A program made the translations under genes and the position numbers. The notes below the pieces were generated by a model. The model did no database searches and was not told where the DNA came from. It was given only the letters and a program-made list of their open reading frames with translations. Below, one piece after another: positions 28,839-44,324 of a stretch of 64,000 nucleotides of DNA (positions are counted from its first letter, which is position 1; every line of letters starts with the position of its first letter). Origin of the DNA: Octopus vulgaris (lineage: Eukaryota); contig OX597824.1 in the NCBI GenBank assembly GCA_951406725.2, forward strand, positions 70,246,001 to 70,310,000, in the 5' to 3' direction.

Positions 28839-29416
28839 TACATACACACACACACCATCTGATAAAATTACACACACATAGATACAGCATATGTTATATA
28901 TGTATGTATGTGTGTATATATATACATACGTACATACATACATAGAGAGAGAGAGATGTTGAGGTTGACAAATCAAGAGTGTAACAATCTGTGCTAAGAC
29001 AGGGTGGCCTAGGGTAAACCTAGCCAAATCACTAGTAATGATGGTCGACAGGAAATCACCAATGTTCTATGACTGCAAAGTTACTATCACGAATAATAGA
29101 CAATGTGTGTGAGTGAGTATATGCATGTGCACACGTGACTGTGTGTGTGTGAGAGGGAGAGTACATATGCAAGCACACACACACAATTTGTTTTATTTGT
29201 TTTTTTTTTGCAAAGTAAAGGTTGACAGTTACAACAAACTTCCAACTACGTACTAATCACAGCACTGATACATGCGCACACACACACACACACATACACA
29301 CACACACGCACGCGCGCACCCAGGCACAGATATGGCTGTGTGGTAAGAAGTTAGGTTTCCAACCACATAGTTACAGTTTCAATCCACCTGAGCAAGTGTC
29401 TTCTGCTCTAGGTTGT

Positions 29417-29473
<57 letters not shown>

Positions 29474-30359
29474 CATCTAGTTTCAGCTCACGAGCTGTGG
29501 CCATGCTGGGGCACCGCCATATATATATATATATATATATATAATAAATAGACTCTCCTGTCATTAGATGACATATGAAGGTTCGACAATTTCTTACCGA
29601 ACAACCACACAGATGAATTGCTTATAGTAATCAAATGTTTGTGTAGAGATAAGTATCACTCCCTATAGAAATCGACATTACCTGTACAGGTGCATGTCAG
29701 ATGTTGAAATGATCGCAGAGCAACATAAAATGAAACACTCTGCTCAAGAACACAACATAACATCCGGTCTGGGAATCAAACCCACGATCTCGCAATCATA
29801 GTACAACACCCTAACCACTAAGCCACACACCTTCACATATATGTATATATATTATACATTTGTGTGTGTGTATGTATGTATATGTGTGTGTATATGTATA
29901 TGTGTGTATATATGTGTATGTCTGTGTGTATATATATATATATATATGCACACATAGATATAAATAGATACATCACACACACATACTTTTATTCTTTTGT
30001 CCATTGTAAGCCATTTATGCAAGGCACATTTTTATATTTTACTTGTTTCAGTCTATGTTCATATATATATATATGTGTGTGTGTGTGTGACAGGGCTTCT
30101 TTCAGTTTCTGTCCACCAAATCCACTCACAAAGCCTTTGGTTAGCCTGAGGTTATAGTAGATGCCATGTAGTGGGACTGAATCTGGAACAATGTAGTAGA
30201 GAAGAAAGCTTCTAACCACACAGCTACGCCTGTGCCTCTTAAATACACAGATATTCCGTAACTTCTAAAATAATATTTACTCAATAACTAAGTTAGTCTA
30301 ATTTCTTATTTTTAAAAAATTTTTTGTTTTTGTTTTTGTTTTATTTTTATTTTTTTGGC

Positions 30360-30560
30360 AGCTCGTTTTCTGTATGAGATTATATAAGTCATCTGATATT
30401 CCATGTCGATAATTAGCACATACAATAGTTAAGTACAGCATTGTGATTTTTTTTCTTTTCTTTTTATTGTGGAAAATGATGTCAGGTTTATTATGGGCTA
30501 AAGTTCCATCGTATTTTCCTATTGTCAAATTCTAAGAACAGGTGGACATTCAATATGATG
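30360..30560 (-). mobile_element. Degraded R4/Dong-like RLE endonuclease fragment
   Basis: Frame TLAHNKPDIIFHNKKK...ISDDLYNLIQK resembles the RLE (R/K)PD motif region. Confidence 0.6.
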
Positions 30561-30613
30561 AGTAAAAGAGATAAATTCTAGAAGGAGTTGAAATTGGGTG
30601 AACGTCATTATCA

Positions 30614-30644
<31 letters not shown>

Positions 30645-30689
30645 TATTATTAGTATTGCTATCATGGGCACCAAGAATGTCGTCAGGCA

Positions 30690-31686
30690 CACACAACTCT
30701 CTACTAGGAGGTCAATGGGATTGGTGGATGTTCCGCTTTAGAAATTTATAGAAGATTAGTGGCAGGGAAGTGCAAACAATGTTCCCAGGGAGATTCTGGT
30801 CACGGATGAGAATAAACTGGCTAGTCTGTTCCGGAGGGCTTTCCAATCAGGAACTATCATGGATAATTTCCAGATGTCCTTAGCCTGGCAATGCTATTGG
30901 TTGGGCACAACTGGTTTAAGATAAACTCTATAGTCACAGACACGCTATCAGACAGGCTTCTCAGAGGTGTGCACAGATTGACAAAACCATTCTGCGTGCC
31001 CTCGTTCAGTGGCCGGGCATTGCTGACTTGTGGGATTATGTCGAACAGCTGCTGTCATGTGTGGAACAGATCTGTCTGTCAGCCGAAGCTGTAGTGATGA
31101 CTGCACCACTGCCCTCCTTTAATCGGACAGCCAAGGCAGTTTTCCTTTGCCTGGTGGCTGTAGCAAAAGAGGTTGTTTGGTGGACAAGGCTAAAAGGCAT
31201 GAGGACAGATACATTCCTCTTTGGTAGAGCTCACATTGATTTATTCAAGTTTCACTTGAAAAGGAAACCAAGATTGGAGAGGGAAGTGCTGTCCTCGAGT
31301 GAGTTTATTGAAAGGTGAGTGAAAGTTGCAAAAATGGCAAGAGTGAATGGTACCTCTCCAGGTGTAGACCTATGAGTCAGTGAGAAGGAACTGGAGAGGG
31401 GACTTGCTCTTGGGGATTCTAGGAAATCTTGGACAGTGGGGTTCCTTGATTATTGCTAGTGGCATTCTTATCAGGAAGGCCACATCTCTATCATCCTACC
31501 TGCCACTGTTCTTTTTTATCTTTTTTAAACCTTTGTATGCTTAGCATATATTCCTTCTTTTTCAGTGTATACTGTGCGTACTAACTTTCTTTCCTTCTTA
31601 CATTTTTTTTTATCATTTCATTATATGTAAAACCCCTACTTTATGTCTGTCTCTGTATTGTCCCCCTTGTGGCAAATAAATGAAAT
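30690..31686 (+). mobile_element. 3' fragment of an L1/Tx1-clade non-LTR retrotransposon (ORF2 C-terminus plus 3'UTR)
   Basis: Frame LWDYVEQLL...FLCLVAVAKEVVWWTRLKG...FKFHLKRK follows a decayed Cys-knuckle region; T-rich 3'UTR ends CCCCTTGTGGCAAATAAATGAAAT, then (CAT)n. Confidence 0.7.
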
Positions 31687-31945
31687 CATCATCATCATCA
31701 TCATTATTATTGTTATGATTATTATTATTATTATTATTATTATTATCATTATAGTCTATCTCAGTTACTATTGTTCACTTCTTTTACATATTTGGTTATG
31801 TGTTATCAAAGACTTTTCTGTCCAAACTCTATACACACATACACATACATACACACAAACTCACATGCACACACCACACATACACACACAGTGTGACTCT
31901 TTACTGTTTGTTAACTTATACATGTCTGTAGTTAAATAATACAGT

Positions 31946-31976
<31 letters not shown>

Positions 31977-32007
31977 TGATGATGATGATGATGATCAATA
32001 ATAATAA

Positions 32008-32222
32008 TCCTGCCTACTAAAGGCACAAAGCCTGGAATTCTGGGGGAGGGGACTAATTGATTACATCGACCCCAGTGTTCAACTGGTACTTATTTTATCA
32101 ACACCAAAAGGATGAAAGGTAAAGTTGACCTCAGTGGAATTTGAACTCTGAATATGAAGACGGACAAAATACCAGTGAGCACTTTGCCCGACGTGCTAAC
32201 AATTCTGCCAGATCGCCACCTT
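32008..32222 (-). mobile_element. SINE family B (tail i), full length
   Basis: Same consensus. Further minus copies at ~12320-12455, 35290-35380, 40165-40553 (two), 48739-48846, 50957-51160, 59510-59630, 59840-60270. Confidence 0.85.
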
Positions 32223-32230
32223 AAATAGTA

Positions 32231-32261
<31 letters not shown>

Positions 32262-32915
32262 ATGATGATGGTGGTAGTGGCAATCATTGGTGACAATGAA
32301 GTTAAAAAATGAATAAAAAAATTTGGCGTTGCAGAACATGCAACAAGTAAAAGAATAAAAGAAATCCTTTCAACAGGTTTCAATACTACCACCTTTGCCC
32401 CACCCAAAGAATCCATTTTTACTGACAAGGTTTCATTGGACCTCAGGCTGTTGTGACAACAAAAAAGACAAAAACCTTCCTGTAAACTTTGGTAAGGTGT
32501 AAGTTTTGAAACCCAGACCAAGTGATTGTGAGGGGAAACTACTCAACCACAGAACAATACATGCACACGGTTGAGGTGTTGTTAATTTTAGAGCTCGTTG
32601 ACTAAACAAGTAACAATCGGTCCAGGTGCAAAATTCTCTTCTTAGTAAAGTATATGAGTAAGAATAACACAGGGAATACACAGGTGACAGGAAATATAAA
32701 AAAGATAGAAGAAATGTGAAATGTTCTTTTGTTTGTTTTGCTTTGTATTTATTCATTTAATTATTTATTTATTTGAAGATGACCTGTCTGTTCACTTCAG
32801 AGATAACTCTTGAATTTAAAATCAATTTGAATGTGAATAAATATAATATAAAATATATATATATATATATATAAAAGTAAATATATATGTACATCCAATA
32901 TTAAAAAACATAATA

Positions 32916-32958
<43 letters not shown>

Positions 32959-32997
32959 TATATATATGTACATCCAATATTAAAAAACATAATAAAT

Positions 32998-33580
<583 letters not shown>

Positions 33581-33699
33581 TATACATATATATAAAACTG
33601 ATGTTAAATGATGATGATGATAATGATATATATGTATATGCATATAAATATATATATATTTACATGTACTTATATTGTTTACCTATACATACATATGTA

Positions 33700-33735
<36 letters not shown>

Positions 33736-34493
33736 TACAAACATTCATATAATATATAATACTTAAATGTATACATATATATGTATATATACACACACAC
33801 GTGTGTATGTGTGTGTGTGTGAGTGTTTACAGATTTCTAACTTGGCCAGACAAACAACATTTCCAGTACTTTATGTCCAGTAATATATTTCTGTTTTTGG
33901 CTTAATTTTTGTATTAATCAGCTCAACAACAACAACAACAACAACAACACACACATAAATATACACACATGAAATCAGTTAGACCGAATAGCCTTAAATC
34001 TATCTTATATCACAGTCATGCGATGATGATGATGGAGAGGAGGAAGCAATGAGGTCATCATTATTCAGAACTAGTTTACTCCACTACAAAGTATGTATTT
34101 TTGTGCCGTTGGTCACTCAGTACAACAGTTAATCCATTAACCTCACTCACTACATGATGGATCAATCAGTCAGATAAAAGAAAACAACAAATAAAGAAAT
34201 TTTTAGTCTGTATTTTCTCAGGGTCAAACCTAAAACACACCCTCAGTCCCTCTTCTTTCACTTTCTCTTCTCCTTGAGATTTGTGTATGTGTGTGTATTT
34301 ATGTGTATATATATATATATATATACAAATATATATATATACATATATATATATACATATACATATATACATATATATACATATACATATATATACATAT
34401 ATACATATATATACATATATATATACACACACACATATATATATATATATATACACACACACATATATATATATATACACACACACATATATA

Positions 34494-35020
34494 CAGGGTG
34501 CGATGGGTAAATTGTTGTTGTTTTATATTTTTAATATCACACATGCACATTGTGTCCTTTTGATTTTGTCGACTACACAGTATAGTAGGGTCAGCTGGGC
34601 ACTGTTTGTAAGAAAAACAGCATCATCACGCAATTCTCTCTGCCAGAAATTTGGAAATGATATCCTGTACTGCTTGGCATTCATGCTGGAAGTTCCAGTA
34701 TGAACATTTCAGAGTGTTTGGGTGTCAATCTGAGGACAGTGCAGCCTGAGGACATGTACCGAGAGTGATAAAAATCAAACATCCAGTCAATATCATGGTG
34801 TTTGGAGTGATCACTAGTGATGGCGATGTTTTGCCGCTATTCATCTTCCTTCACAGCCTTAGACTCAACACAGAGGCCTACACAAGTGCCTGGAGGAGGT
34901 AGTGCTGCCCTGGGTCAAGAGGGTGGCTGCTGGAAGACCCTATGCCTGGCAACAAGTCTCTGCACCATGTCACACAAGCAGGAGAATCCAGTCATGGCTG
35001 TCAGACAATTTCTATGATGA
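34494..35020 (+). mobile_element. Tc1/mariner transposon remnant with frameshifted transposase
   Basis: Begins TA|CAGGGTG. Internal frames give KHPVNIMVFGVITSDGDV...LEEVVLPWVKRVAAGRPYAWQQVSAPCHTSRRIQSWLSDNF (QQDxAPxH motif with D decayed to V). Confidence 0.85.
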
Positions 35021-36082
35021 CATCAAGAAATTGATGAAAGAGATAGGAAGAGAGACTCATATTGTCTACCTATAGAAAGCACTATCTTTCATTATACAAG
35101 AATCCTAAAAAATTCTTGAGATCGGTCAGGTTCATTTTTAGTATTCTTGTCTATGAGAGCAGTCGACTTTATTTCAGATATTTTCATTTTAAAAATCATC
35201 TCAGGCTAATCATTGAGAAGATGTTGGTGTTGCCCTGGCAAATTTTTGCGCTCTCTGAGTGCTCTTGTTATTATTATGGCTTCTGATTTAGGCACAAGGC
35301 CAGCAATTTTGAGTGGAGGAAATAGTAGTTGATACCATCAACCCAAGTATGTGACTGACACTTTATTTTATCGATCTTGAAGGCAGAGCACCCAGCCACC
35401 CTAACAAATAAAAGGAGTGAGAGGATTGGTGCATGGCATCTTTCATCCTCAGTGCCACAAAAAGTAAAGTAAAAAGTAACAATGTGTGTGTGTGTGTATA
35501 TGTGTGTGTAAGAAAAAAGAAAGAAAATTTCAATAATTAAACAAACCTACATACCTAGCAACCTACATACCTAACAACCAATCAGCAACATAGTTTGCTT
35601 CATCTGTTGATATCAGATAGACTGGAGCAGAGAGATAAACGCACTAGACACTGCTTCCTTAGTTTCAAAGTCCATCTAACATATTTAAGAGGCTACACTT
35701 ATGATCTCTGTCTAGAGTCTAGTTTTATCTGTTGGCATTTGTTTGTTTCTGGTAGGTTCTGGTGGAATACTTACTATACATTGATATATTGTCTGCTGAA
35801 ATGAATATATTCTAATTATAAAATTCTGCTGATGTCAAATAGGAAAAAGTGTGTTACTTGGTTAACTCTATTATTCAAGTACTGTGTCATTTTGTGGAGA
35901 GAGGAAAAAGAAAATTGTTTAGCAAGTTCATGATGGTGTGCATTAAAGGCCAGAACATTCAGTGGGATAAAAATTGCCATTCTAGGAATCAGAGAAATGA
36001 GTTGAATATAAAGCAGGCATGGGTAGCCTTTTCTGAGAAGAGGATCACATGAGACATAGCTCATTATTAAGTGACCTGTACC

Positions 36083-36314
36083 TATTTCTTTACTACCCAC
36101 AAGGGGCTAAACACAGAGAGGACAAACAAGGACAGACAAACAGATCAAGTCGATTTTATCGACCCCAGTGCGTAACTGGTACTTATTTAATCGACCTGAA
36201 AAGGATGAAAGGCAAAGTCAACCTCGGCAGAATTTGAACTCAGAATGTAGCGGCAGACGAAATACTGCGAAGCATTTCACCCAGCGTGCTAATGCTTCTG
36301 CCAGCTCGCCGCCT
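36083..36314 (-). mobile_element. SINE family B (Deu/Nin-like core, tail type ii) with perfect 16-bp target-site duplication
   Basis: Head GGCGGCGAGCTGGCAGAA, B box GAGTTCAAATTC, core GCCTTTCATCCTTT..GGTCGATTAAATAAGTACCAG; TSD TTAAGTGACCTGTACC at 36067-36082 and 36315-36330. Confidence 0.9.
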
Positions 36315-36449
36315 TTAAGTGACCTGTACCAATGTACATATGAGATGGGTATAAAGTTGACATGGGCAACCTTTTCTGAGAAGAGGGTTGCATGAGACAC
36401 AACTCATATAAAAGGGTCGCAAGAGACACTGTTTATCATTAGGTGGCCC

Positions 36450-37000
36450 ACATTACCAAGAAAGAAATTCAAGATAATTTTACATTGAAGGTGCTTTTCA
36501 GTTTGCTTGTGACTGATATAAAAGATGGGAGAGTTGAGGGGTTAAAATGACCATCAGAGGAATCAAAGAAGATGGTACCAATGTAGGTAGATATAGGACA
36601 AGCATTAATGATTTTTGAACCAAGGAAGGAAAATGGTCATCAGAGGAATGAGAGAAGGCTGTGCCAATATAGAGAGATAAGGGATGGATATTAAAGATGT
36701 GGGCATTAAACATGGATAGTTTAAGCCCATAACCAAAACTGTCTGTTACATTACACTGTCCAAATTTAATACCTGTATCCTTCATATGAGTGAGAAGCAT
36801 GGACCTCAAATGTAACTGATACTAAGCACTTTAGGGTAGGCAAAATGACATACTGCAAGTGAATGCTGCAGATGAGCTGGAGGTCATAGTATGAATGACA
36901 AAATGTTGGAGAAGTTGGGAACAGAGTGATAGTTGAGGCCAATGGTCAGATGGTGAAAACTTCAATATTTTGGAACCTCTTTGACTGTATTTTCAGGGTT
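36450..37000 (-). mobile_element. Possible highly decayed Penelope-like reverse transcriptase remnant
   Basis: Broken frames with FNIHP and FPSL resemble the PLE FNxxHPxxxF...PFLD region; weak. Confidence 0.3.
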
Positions 37001-37835
37001 TAGGGATGGGGTTCATGTGTGACCTCTGTGCCCACAACCTTGGAATCTAGGTGGGTGGAAAATGGACTCACAAGCAAAATAAAAAAGACCACAGAGATAG
37101 AGTGATAATGTCAAAGACTAATAGGAGAATATCCTGGAGGAGTGTACAGCAGCAGTGTGAAGCCACAGTATGTATCAAGGGAAGGGGCTTCATCACACCC
37201 TTAGAGAGACACAGAGAGAGATAATAAGGTTTTGATAATGTTTCCCATGTTTTCACAGAATATTGTAAATGAATGACACTGCTTGTTTGACAGTGACACT
37301 CATTTACAACTACCATGTGATGTCAAGATAAGGAAGTACACACATCACATGATTCCATGACCAATCAGACTGTTGTTATACATTGCTGACCACAATGCGA
37401 TTTGCATCATTTTAGCCTTCGAATAATGCCACCCTGCTAGCTAGGTGAGCAGGCCAAAATTTCTCCCAATCAAAAGCGGGGCTGAAGCAACATGAAATGA
37501 AGTGCTTTGCTCAAGAACCAAATACATCATCCAGTCAGGGAACCATAACCACAATCTGGGAATTGAGTGCAACAGCCTGACAACAATAGAGGTTCCAGAC
37601 CTAATGACATGGCCTATATATATCGAACACACAAGTGCAAACAAGGGAGTCAGAGAAAGGCAGAATGCCACTTATATTTGAACACTATACAAATATTCCT
37701 TTAAAAAAACTTTTCTTCTAATTTTTCTAAATTTAATTATTTAATCGTTACAGTTGAAAAGGTCTCAAAATGACCGAAACCGGTACTGAAATGTTCTTTA
37801 TGAAATTATTTTAGCATTTTCTATTTTGACTTGAT

Positions 37836-37885
<50 letters not shown>

Positions 37886-39134
37886 AAACATTTTATCATT
37901 AATTAAAATCTTAGGGTAGCAAGAATATTCATCAAAAAATTCTTAGTTACCAGTGGTCTAGCGAGAAAACGTACACTGTATTCTTCTTTGATGCACGATT
38001 TCAGTTTCCCTTAAACCAAATCCACTCACAAGGATTTGGGTTGGCCCAAGGTTATAAACAGAAATCAATTGGCCGAGGTGCCACACAGTGAGACTGAACC
38101 TGCATCCACGTGGTCTGGAAGCAAACTTCTTAACCATAGAGCTACACCTGCACCAACATTATTAATAATAATAACTGAATAATTTGAACAAGATATATAT
38201 TTTTTTATACCTGACATCAGGAAATTCTGAGAATCTTTAAAAAGAAAAAAGAGAAAAAGGCCATATTAAAGAGAGCGACAAGGAACAAATATTTAGCATA
38301 TGTAGATTCACAATGTCACTTCTCGTTAGAATCTTTTGTCAGCTCCGACATAACGAAGGTCATCATAGGATCTATTGATTAGCTGTAAGCAACTTATGGA
38401 ATTCTGTCAGAGTATTGACATATTCTGGCAGAGGTTAGTGTTGGTATAGAGACATGAAGGTGGAGGTGCTGCTGGTGGCGGTGGTGGTGGCAGCTGTGAT
38501 TGTGGTAGAGGTTGGGATTGTGGCGGCGGCGGTGGCGGTGGTTTATTTTCTGTTTTTTTCTCTTTTAATATTTTAAAGATTTTTGATGCGACATAAATTT
38601 TGATTTTATGTCTTTTGTCATTTTGGCGTTTTTTTTTGTTGTTAGTGTATTAATATTTATTTTTGCTTTGGCATCAGTAATAATAATCATGATAATAATA
38701 AGAAGAACTACGACAATAATAATAACAAAGCAAATAAATAAAATATAAATATGATAATAAATAACCGCAGGGGGGGGGAAATAAATAAATAAAAAGAAGA
38801 GAAGATAAAAAATAAAAAATAATATAAATAAGTCAAGGTGTAAAATAATGATTAATGTCGGTTCCACGAACTGAGCGGACTCTTTCAGATACTTTCAGAT
38901 ACGGACACTGAGATAGCAGAATTGATAACAAAAAAATAAAAAAAATAAGTAGATAAATAAAAAAATAAATAAATAAGACCATTTTCATTTTATACACACC
39001 ACTAGTTGCAGTCAATATTTTAAGTCTGTTTTGGCATAAACATAATGATTATGACAACTACTATTACTACTACTGCTATTAGAAATAACATATGTAATAC
39101 CACCACTGGTATTACTACTTATTACTAATATATG

Positions 39135-39470
39135 AAGATGCATGGCTCAGTGGTTAGAGCATCGGGCTTACAATTATGAGGTAGTGAGTTTGGTTCCTGG
39201 ATTGGGCTGTGTACTGTGTTCTTGAGCTAGACACTTTATTTCATGTTGCTCCAGTTTACTCAGCCGTAGAAATGAGTTTTGATGTCACTGACCAAGCTGT
39301 ATGGGTCTTTGACTTTCTCTTGGATAACATTGGTGGTATGGAGAGGAGAGGTCGGTATGCGTGGGTAACTGTTGGTCTTCAATAAACAACCTTGCCTCGA
39401 CTTTTCCTAGGAGGATAACTTTCTAGGTACAATGCCATGGTCATTCATGACCTAAAGGGGCCTTTATTTT
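39135..39470 (+). mobile_element. tRNA-headed CORE-like SINE (family E)
   Basis: TGGCTCAGTGGTTAGAGC head, TGTGTTCTTGAGC.AGACACTTTATTTCATGTTGCTCCAGT body; reverse copy ~13400-13650, tail copy ~18390-18470. Confidence 0.75.
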
Positions 39471-39519
39471 TTACTGATATATATGATACAGTATGTAACA
39501 ACACTAAGCAGTGTTGTGT

Positions 39520-40130
39520 ATCAATGCAAACATGTTACCAGTTCAAATCTGCTTGAGGTGTATTTGAACCTGTAAGAAAGACTTTCACTGTTATTTTATC
39601 ATGAAGAAAAATTTCTCGCTATAGAAAAATAGATGTTAACACACCAAGTCAAGATGATGTGTTCTCTAATCAGACTTACAGATGCTTGCATTTTGAAGTT
39701 GTTATCTCCTCTTCAGTATCAGACACTGGAAAGGGAAACACTACAAACTGACAAGAGATGGATTATATCTTATTATATTCCTCTGCCATTGTATTGTAAA
39801 AGGTTGCACTAATCAGTAGCAACCTTTTACAAGACAAATAATAAAATATGGAATAGAAGTACCAATCAATGATGAGTACAAATACAAACTTGTTGCTTGT
39901 TCAAATCTGCTTGAGGCATGTAAGAAAGCCTTTCGCTGTTATTTTGTCATGGAGAAAATTTCTTGCAGGTGACAAATGGGTGTAAATACACCAAATCAGA
40001 TTGCAGCACCATCTGACCAGATGCAGGATAACATTGCATTTCAGTGTAGGTATCTCCTCTTCAATCACAGAAACCAGCCAAGACTGTGTTGTGAGCTGAC
40101 ATGAGAGACTGTATCTCTCTTGTGAAATTC
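39520..40130. repeat. Diverged ~350-360-bp tandem duplication
   Basis: GTTCAAATCTGCTTGAGG...TGTAAGAAAG...TATCTCCTCTTCA blocks repeated from ~39541 and ~39899. Confidence 0.8.
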
Positions 40131-41584
40131 CTCATCATAATTATTTTAACACTGTTAATGATCCTTTCTGCTACAGGCATAAGACCCAGAATTTTGGGGG
40201 AAGGAGCAACACATTGACAATGACCCCAGTGCTGAACTGGTACTTATTTCATAGACTCCTTAAGGATGAAAGGCAAAGGTGACCACACTGAAATTTAAAC
40301 TCAGAATGTGAAGACAGACAAAATACTGTTAATATTGATCCTTTTTTTACTATAGGCATAAGGCCTGAAATTTGGGGAAAGGGGATAGTTGATTACATCA
40401 ACCCCAGTACTCAACTGGTACTTAATTTATCAACCCCAAAAGGATAAAAGGCAAAGTTGACCTCGGCAGAATTTGAACTCAGAACATAAGGACGGACAAA
40501 ATGCCACTAAGCATTTCACCCGGTGTGCTAATAATTCTGCCAGCTTGCTGCCTTTATGATATTAATAACGATAACAGTAACTGTTTTAATTTTGGCACAG
40601 GACCAATATTATATTTTTACAATGCACAAAGGTATTTAAACAATTTTTTATACAATATGTAATATTTAATCATAAAAATATAACAGCCGTTTTTAGACAT
40701 CAAATGACTATGACGGACCCCGCGCCAAATAAAGTAAGAATCAAAGGGTTTCACAGGTAAAAGAAAACCGGTGAGAACTGCAGCTCATAGGACACATTGG
40801 ACAGTGTTCTGAATATGCAATAAGACGAAATGGTCATGGTTAGATTGTCTGAGATCATATTTGTTAAACAGCCACCTGGAATTATGTCAGAGTGATATGT
40901 TCTGACAGAGGTTAGTGTTGGTAGAGAGATGTGTACCTGGAGGTGATGGTGGTGGTGATGTTGATGGTAATGATTGTGATGGGGGTGTTAGTGGTGATGG
41001 TGGTGGGACCATCTTCACTGCCACCAGCATTCTCATCATAATCATCATCTTCATTGTCATCACTGTCATTGTCACCACCATTATCATCATCATCATAATC
41101 AATCATTACCAATATTGCCAACATCACCATCACCACCACCACAACCAACAACAACACCACCACAATCAGCATCAATCAATCATCACCATCAAGACCACCA
41201 CCACCACCACCACCATCATCATCGTCATTAAAACTATCGCCACTATATCAACACTGCCACCACCACAACCATCCCCACCAGCATCACCACTGCTGCCACC
41301 ACCATCAAAACGGTACACAAAACAAGGTAATGTTTTTAGGAACCTTGTGATGCATGCTAAACATCAACTCCGAAAGATTAAAGCTTTAGAAATCAATATC
41401 TTTGAAGAATCTTTCTTTGATTGCTATATTTTTTCTTCCTTTCTTTCCTTTCTTTTTAAGTCCACCCCCACCTCCATCCCCTGCACCCCCAACCATCTTT
41501 TCCTTCTGCTTCTTATTCACCTTCGCCTTCTTCTTCCATCTCCCATCTTTTTTCTACGTTTGATTTCTTCCTTTAATTTATCAC

Positions 41585-41627
<43 letters not shown>

Positions 41628-41682
41628 AAAGAAATCATTATTTTTACTGTTATTACTATTCTTATTGTTATAATTACTGTTG

Positions 41683-41729
<47 letters not shown>

Positions 41730-42672
41730 GTGCTCTTTTGCTTTTATTGTCTCGTTTCATTAATTAACAACAAACAAAACAAAACAAAAAAAACAAGAAA
41801 TAAAGTAAATATTGAACTAAAATTTTGAATAAAAAAAAACAGAAACAAAAATAAAAACAAATAAACACACGTAAACACACACAAACAAAAAAAATCAAAT
41901 AATTAAATAAATTGAAAAAAAATCTACAAAAAATAAAAAGATCCACGTAAGCAGTGATCTAAATCGGAACACCCCATCGCACTATTCGCATTTCTCTAAT
42001 GTAATGTAATGTAGTTTTTAGTTAGTATTTGTTTGTGTTTTGTCGTCTGTTTTCTATTTTATCCACCAAACCTCACTTTAATTTTTTTAGTGTATTTATA
42101 TTTTTATTTATTTTGTTTTTGATTTCTGTATTTCCTTTTTTTTTCTTTTTCTTTTTTTGTAATTCTTGTTCAATATCCTCTTCTTTCTTATATCCAAGAG
42201 TGCCGATACCTTATTAATGATGGTGCTATGCTAACACCTTATCTCGACTCATCTAAAATTCAACAACCAACATTAGTTAACGCAATCTAAACACACAAAC
42301 ACACACACACACAAACATACACACACAAATACACAAATATCCACAACACAGAGACACACCTATACAAGCCCAACCTACCCAGCAACTCTTTCTTCTCTCC
42401 ATCCTCCATCTGTCATCCCCATCATTCCAGTTTTTTTTGTTTTGATTTTTTTACTATCAATTCTTGCAGAATATCAGAGTATCATTCGAACCAAGTAGAA
42501 AGGTCAGTCAGAGAGAGAGAGAGAGAGAGAGAAAGAGGGAAAGAGCGAAAGAAGGCCTGCTTGCCCTCCAATAAATTTTATTGAAGTCGGAGGTGAAAGC
42601 AACAAGATTCACTTCAGTGGAATAGTTCAACCATTTCTATTTTACCAACCAGGTGGCAGCACAACGACAAAA

Positions 42673-42703
<31 letters not shown>

Positions 42704-43242
42704 TGTATAGAAAATAAAAATAATAAATAAGAGAAGGCGTTTTGTATCTAAACTATTTATTACCAAACTTGGCACCTGCCGTTTCGCACCAACACACTCA
42801 CAACCCACTCTACCTTACATATTTATTGTTTTTTGCCTTTTGTTGCTCATCTACCCTATAATTTCTTTCTTTTTTTTCTGTCTTTACTTTATTTATTATT
42901 TTCTGTTATAGTCTTTGAGCCGAGAGCATAAATTACAGAATCGTTTGATGGGGACAAGATGTCAGGTTAAAATCCCAATGCATGGCACCTTGAGCAAGTG
43001 TCTTTCATATTTTCCAACATTGACTTATGTTAACTGAAGATTTGTGGGTGAAGTATTGGAGTACTGGGTAGGCAGATAGAGCAGGGTGGAAGCTTGTCGC
43101 ATGGACTCTGACTGCAGTTCAAAAGGTCCAGCATTGTCACACTCCGAGTTTGCCTGGGGATTATGTTAAGGAGAGTAACAGTGTCAATGGAATACTTGAT
43201 GACTAGATATGAGCCACATGTTTTGGACAAAGTTATATATAT

Positions 43243-43341
<99 letters not shown>

Positions 43342-44240
43342 TATACACACACACATATACAAAGATGTATATATGTATATATGCATACATATACATACAT
43401 ATATGCATGCATATATATACAATACGTTACATATATATATACATACATACATATACATCACTACATAACATATATATACATATATATATATACACATATT
43501 TATACATATATATATATATATATACATATATACATATGAATACATATATATATATGAATACATATATATATATGAATACACACATTTGTGTGTGTGTGTG
43601 TGTTTGTGTGTATACAAATACATTTTTACCTTGAAGTTAAATCTTGCTGAAGTTAACATTTTTCTTTACACACAGAGGTTGATACCGTCACGTAATCCAG
43701 TGCCCCTCAAACTTTTTAAATTATCACCCCATTTTTATTTACCAACATTTTTCAATGCCCCCACCTAAACTCATCTACCATTTTGCTTCTAATCAATGCA
43801 CCCCCCCCTCTCAAACAAATTGGCAATGTACATCCATGTGATATCAGACCAGAATAAATTAATTTAAGATATTAGTTTATTGAAAGTAATTACTACTGCT
43901 ACCACATCATCCTACTATAGCAAAAATATTTCATGCATCATGGTCTGACGCTGCATACAGATCCAACCATTACACAAGGATTCGACCAAACTCCAGTATC
44001 TATCATTTGTGCTTCATATATATACCAGTTGAAATTTGTCTTCTTATTCTGATTTATAGCTGCATTTTCTATATATTCACACACAAAACACACGCATAGC
44101 ACACAGATGTATAAACAAGTATTGAGTTCATTGCTCACATATAAATTTTCATATATCTGTTTATATACATAATTAGTATTTAAGATGGCCAGATGACACT
44201 TGTAGCTAGAATCCTCAATAACCAAGCATGTACATTTGCA

Positions 44241-44283
<43 letters not shown>

Positions 44284-44324
44284 GAGTGTGTGTGTGTGTA
44301 TTCAAGTCAAAATATTGCATATCA

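Noticed and set aside
38400-40950. Pro/Thr/His-rich frames at ~38400-38540 and ~40880-41310 as an upstream Prospero exon
   Set aside because: Two related ~70-bp segments leading into GGT/CAT trinucleotide repeats; no Prospero motifs or U12 donor.
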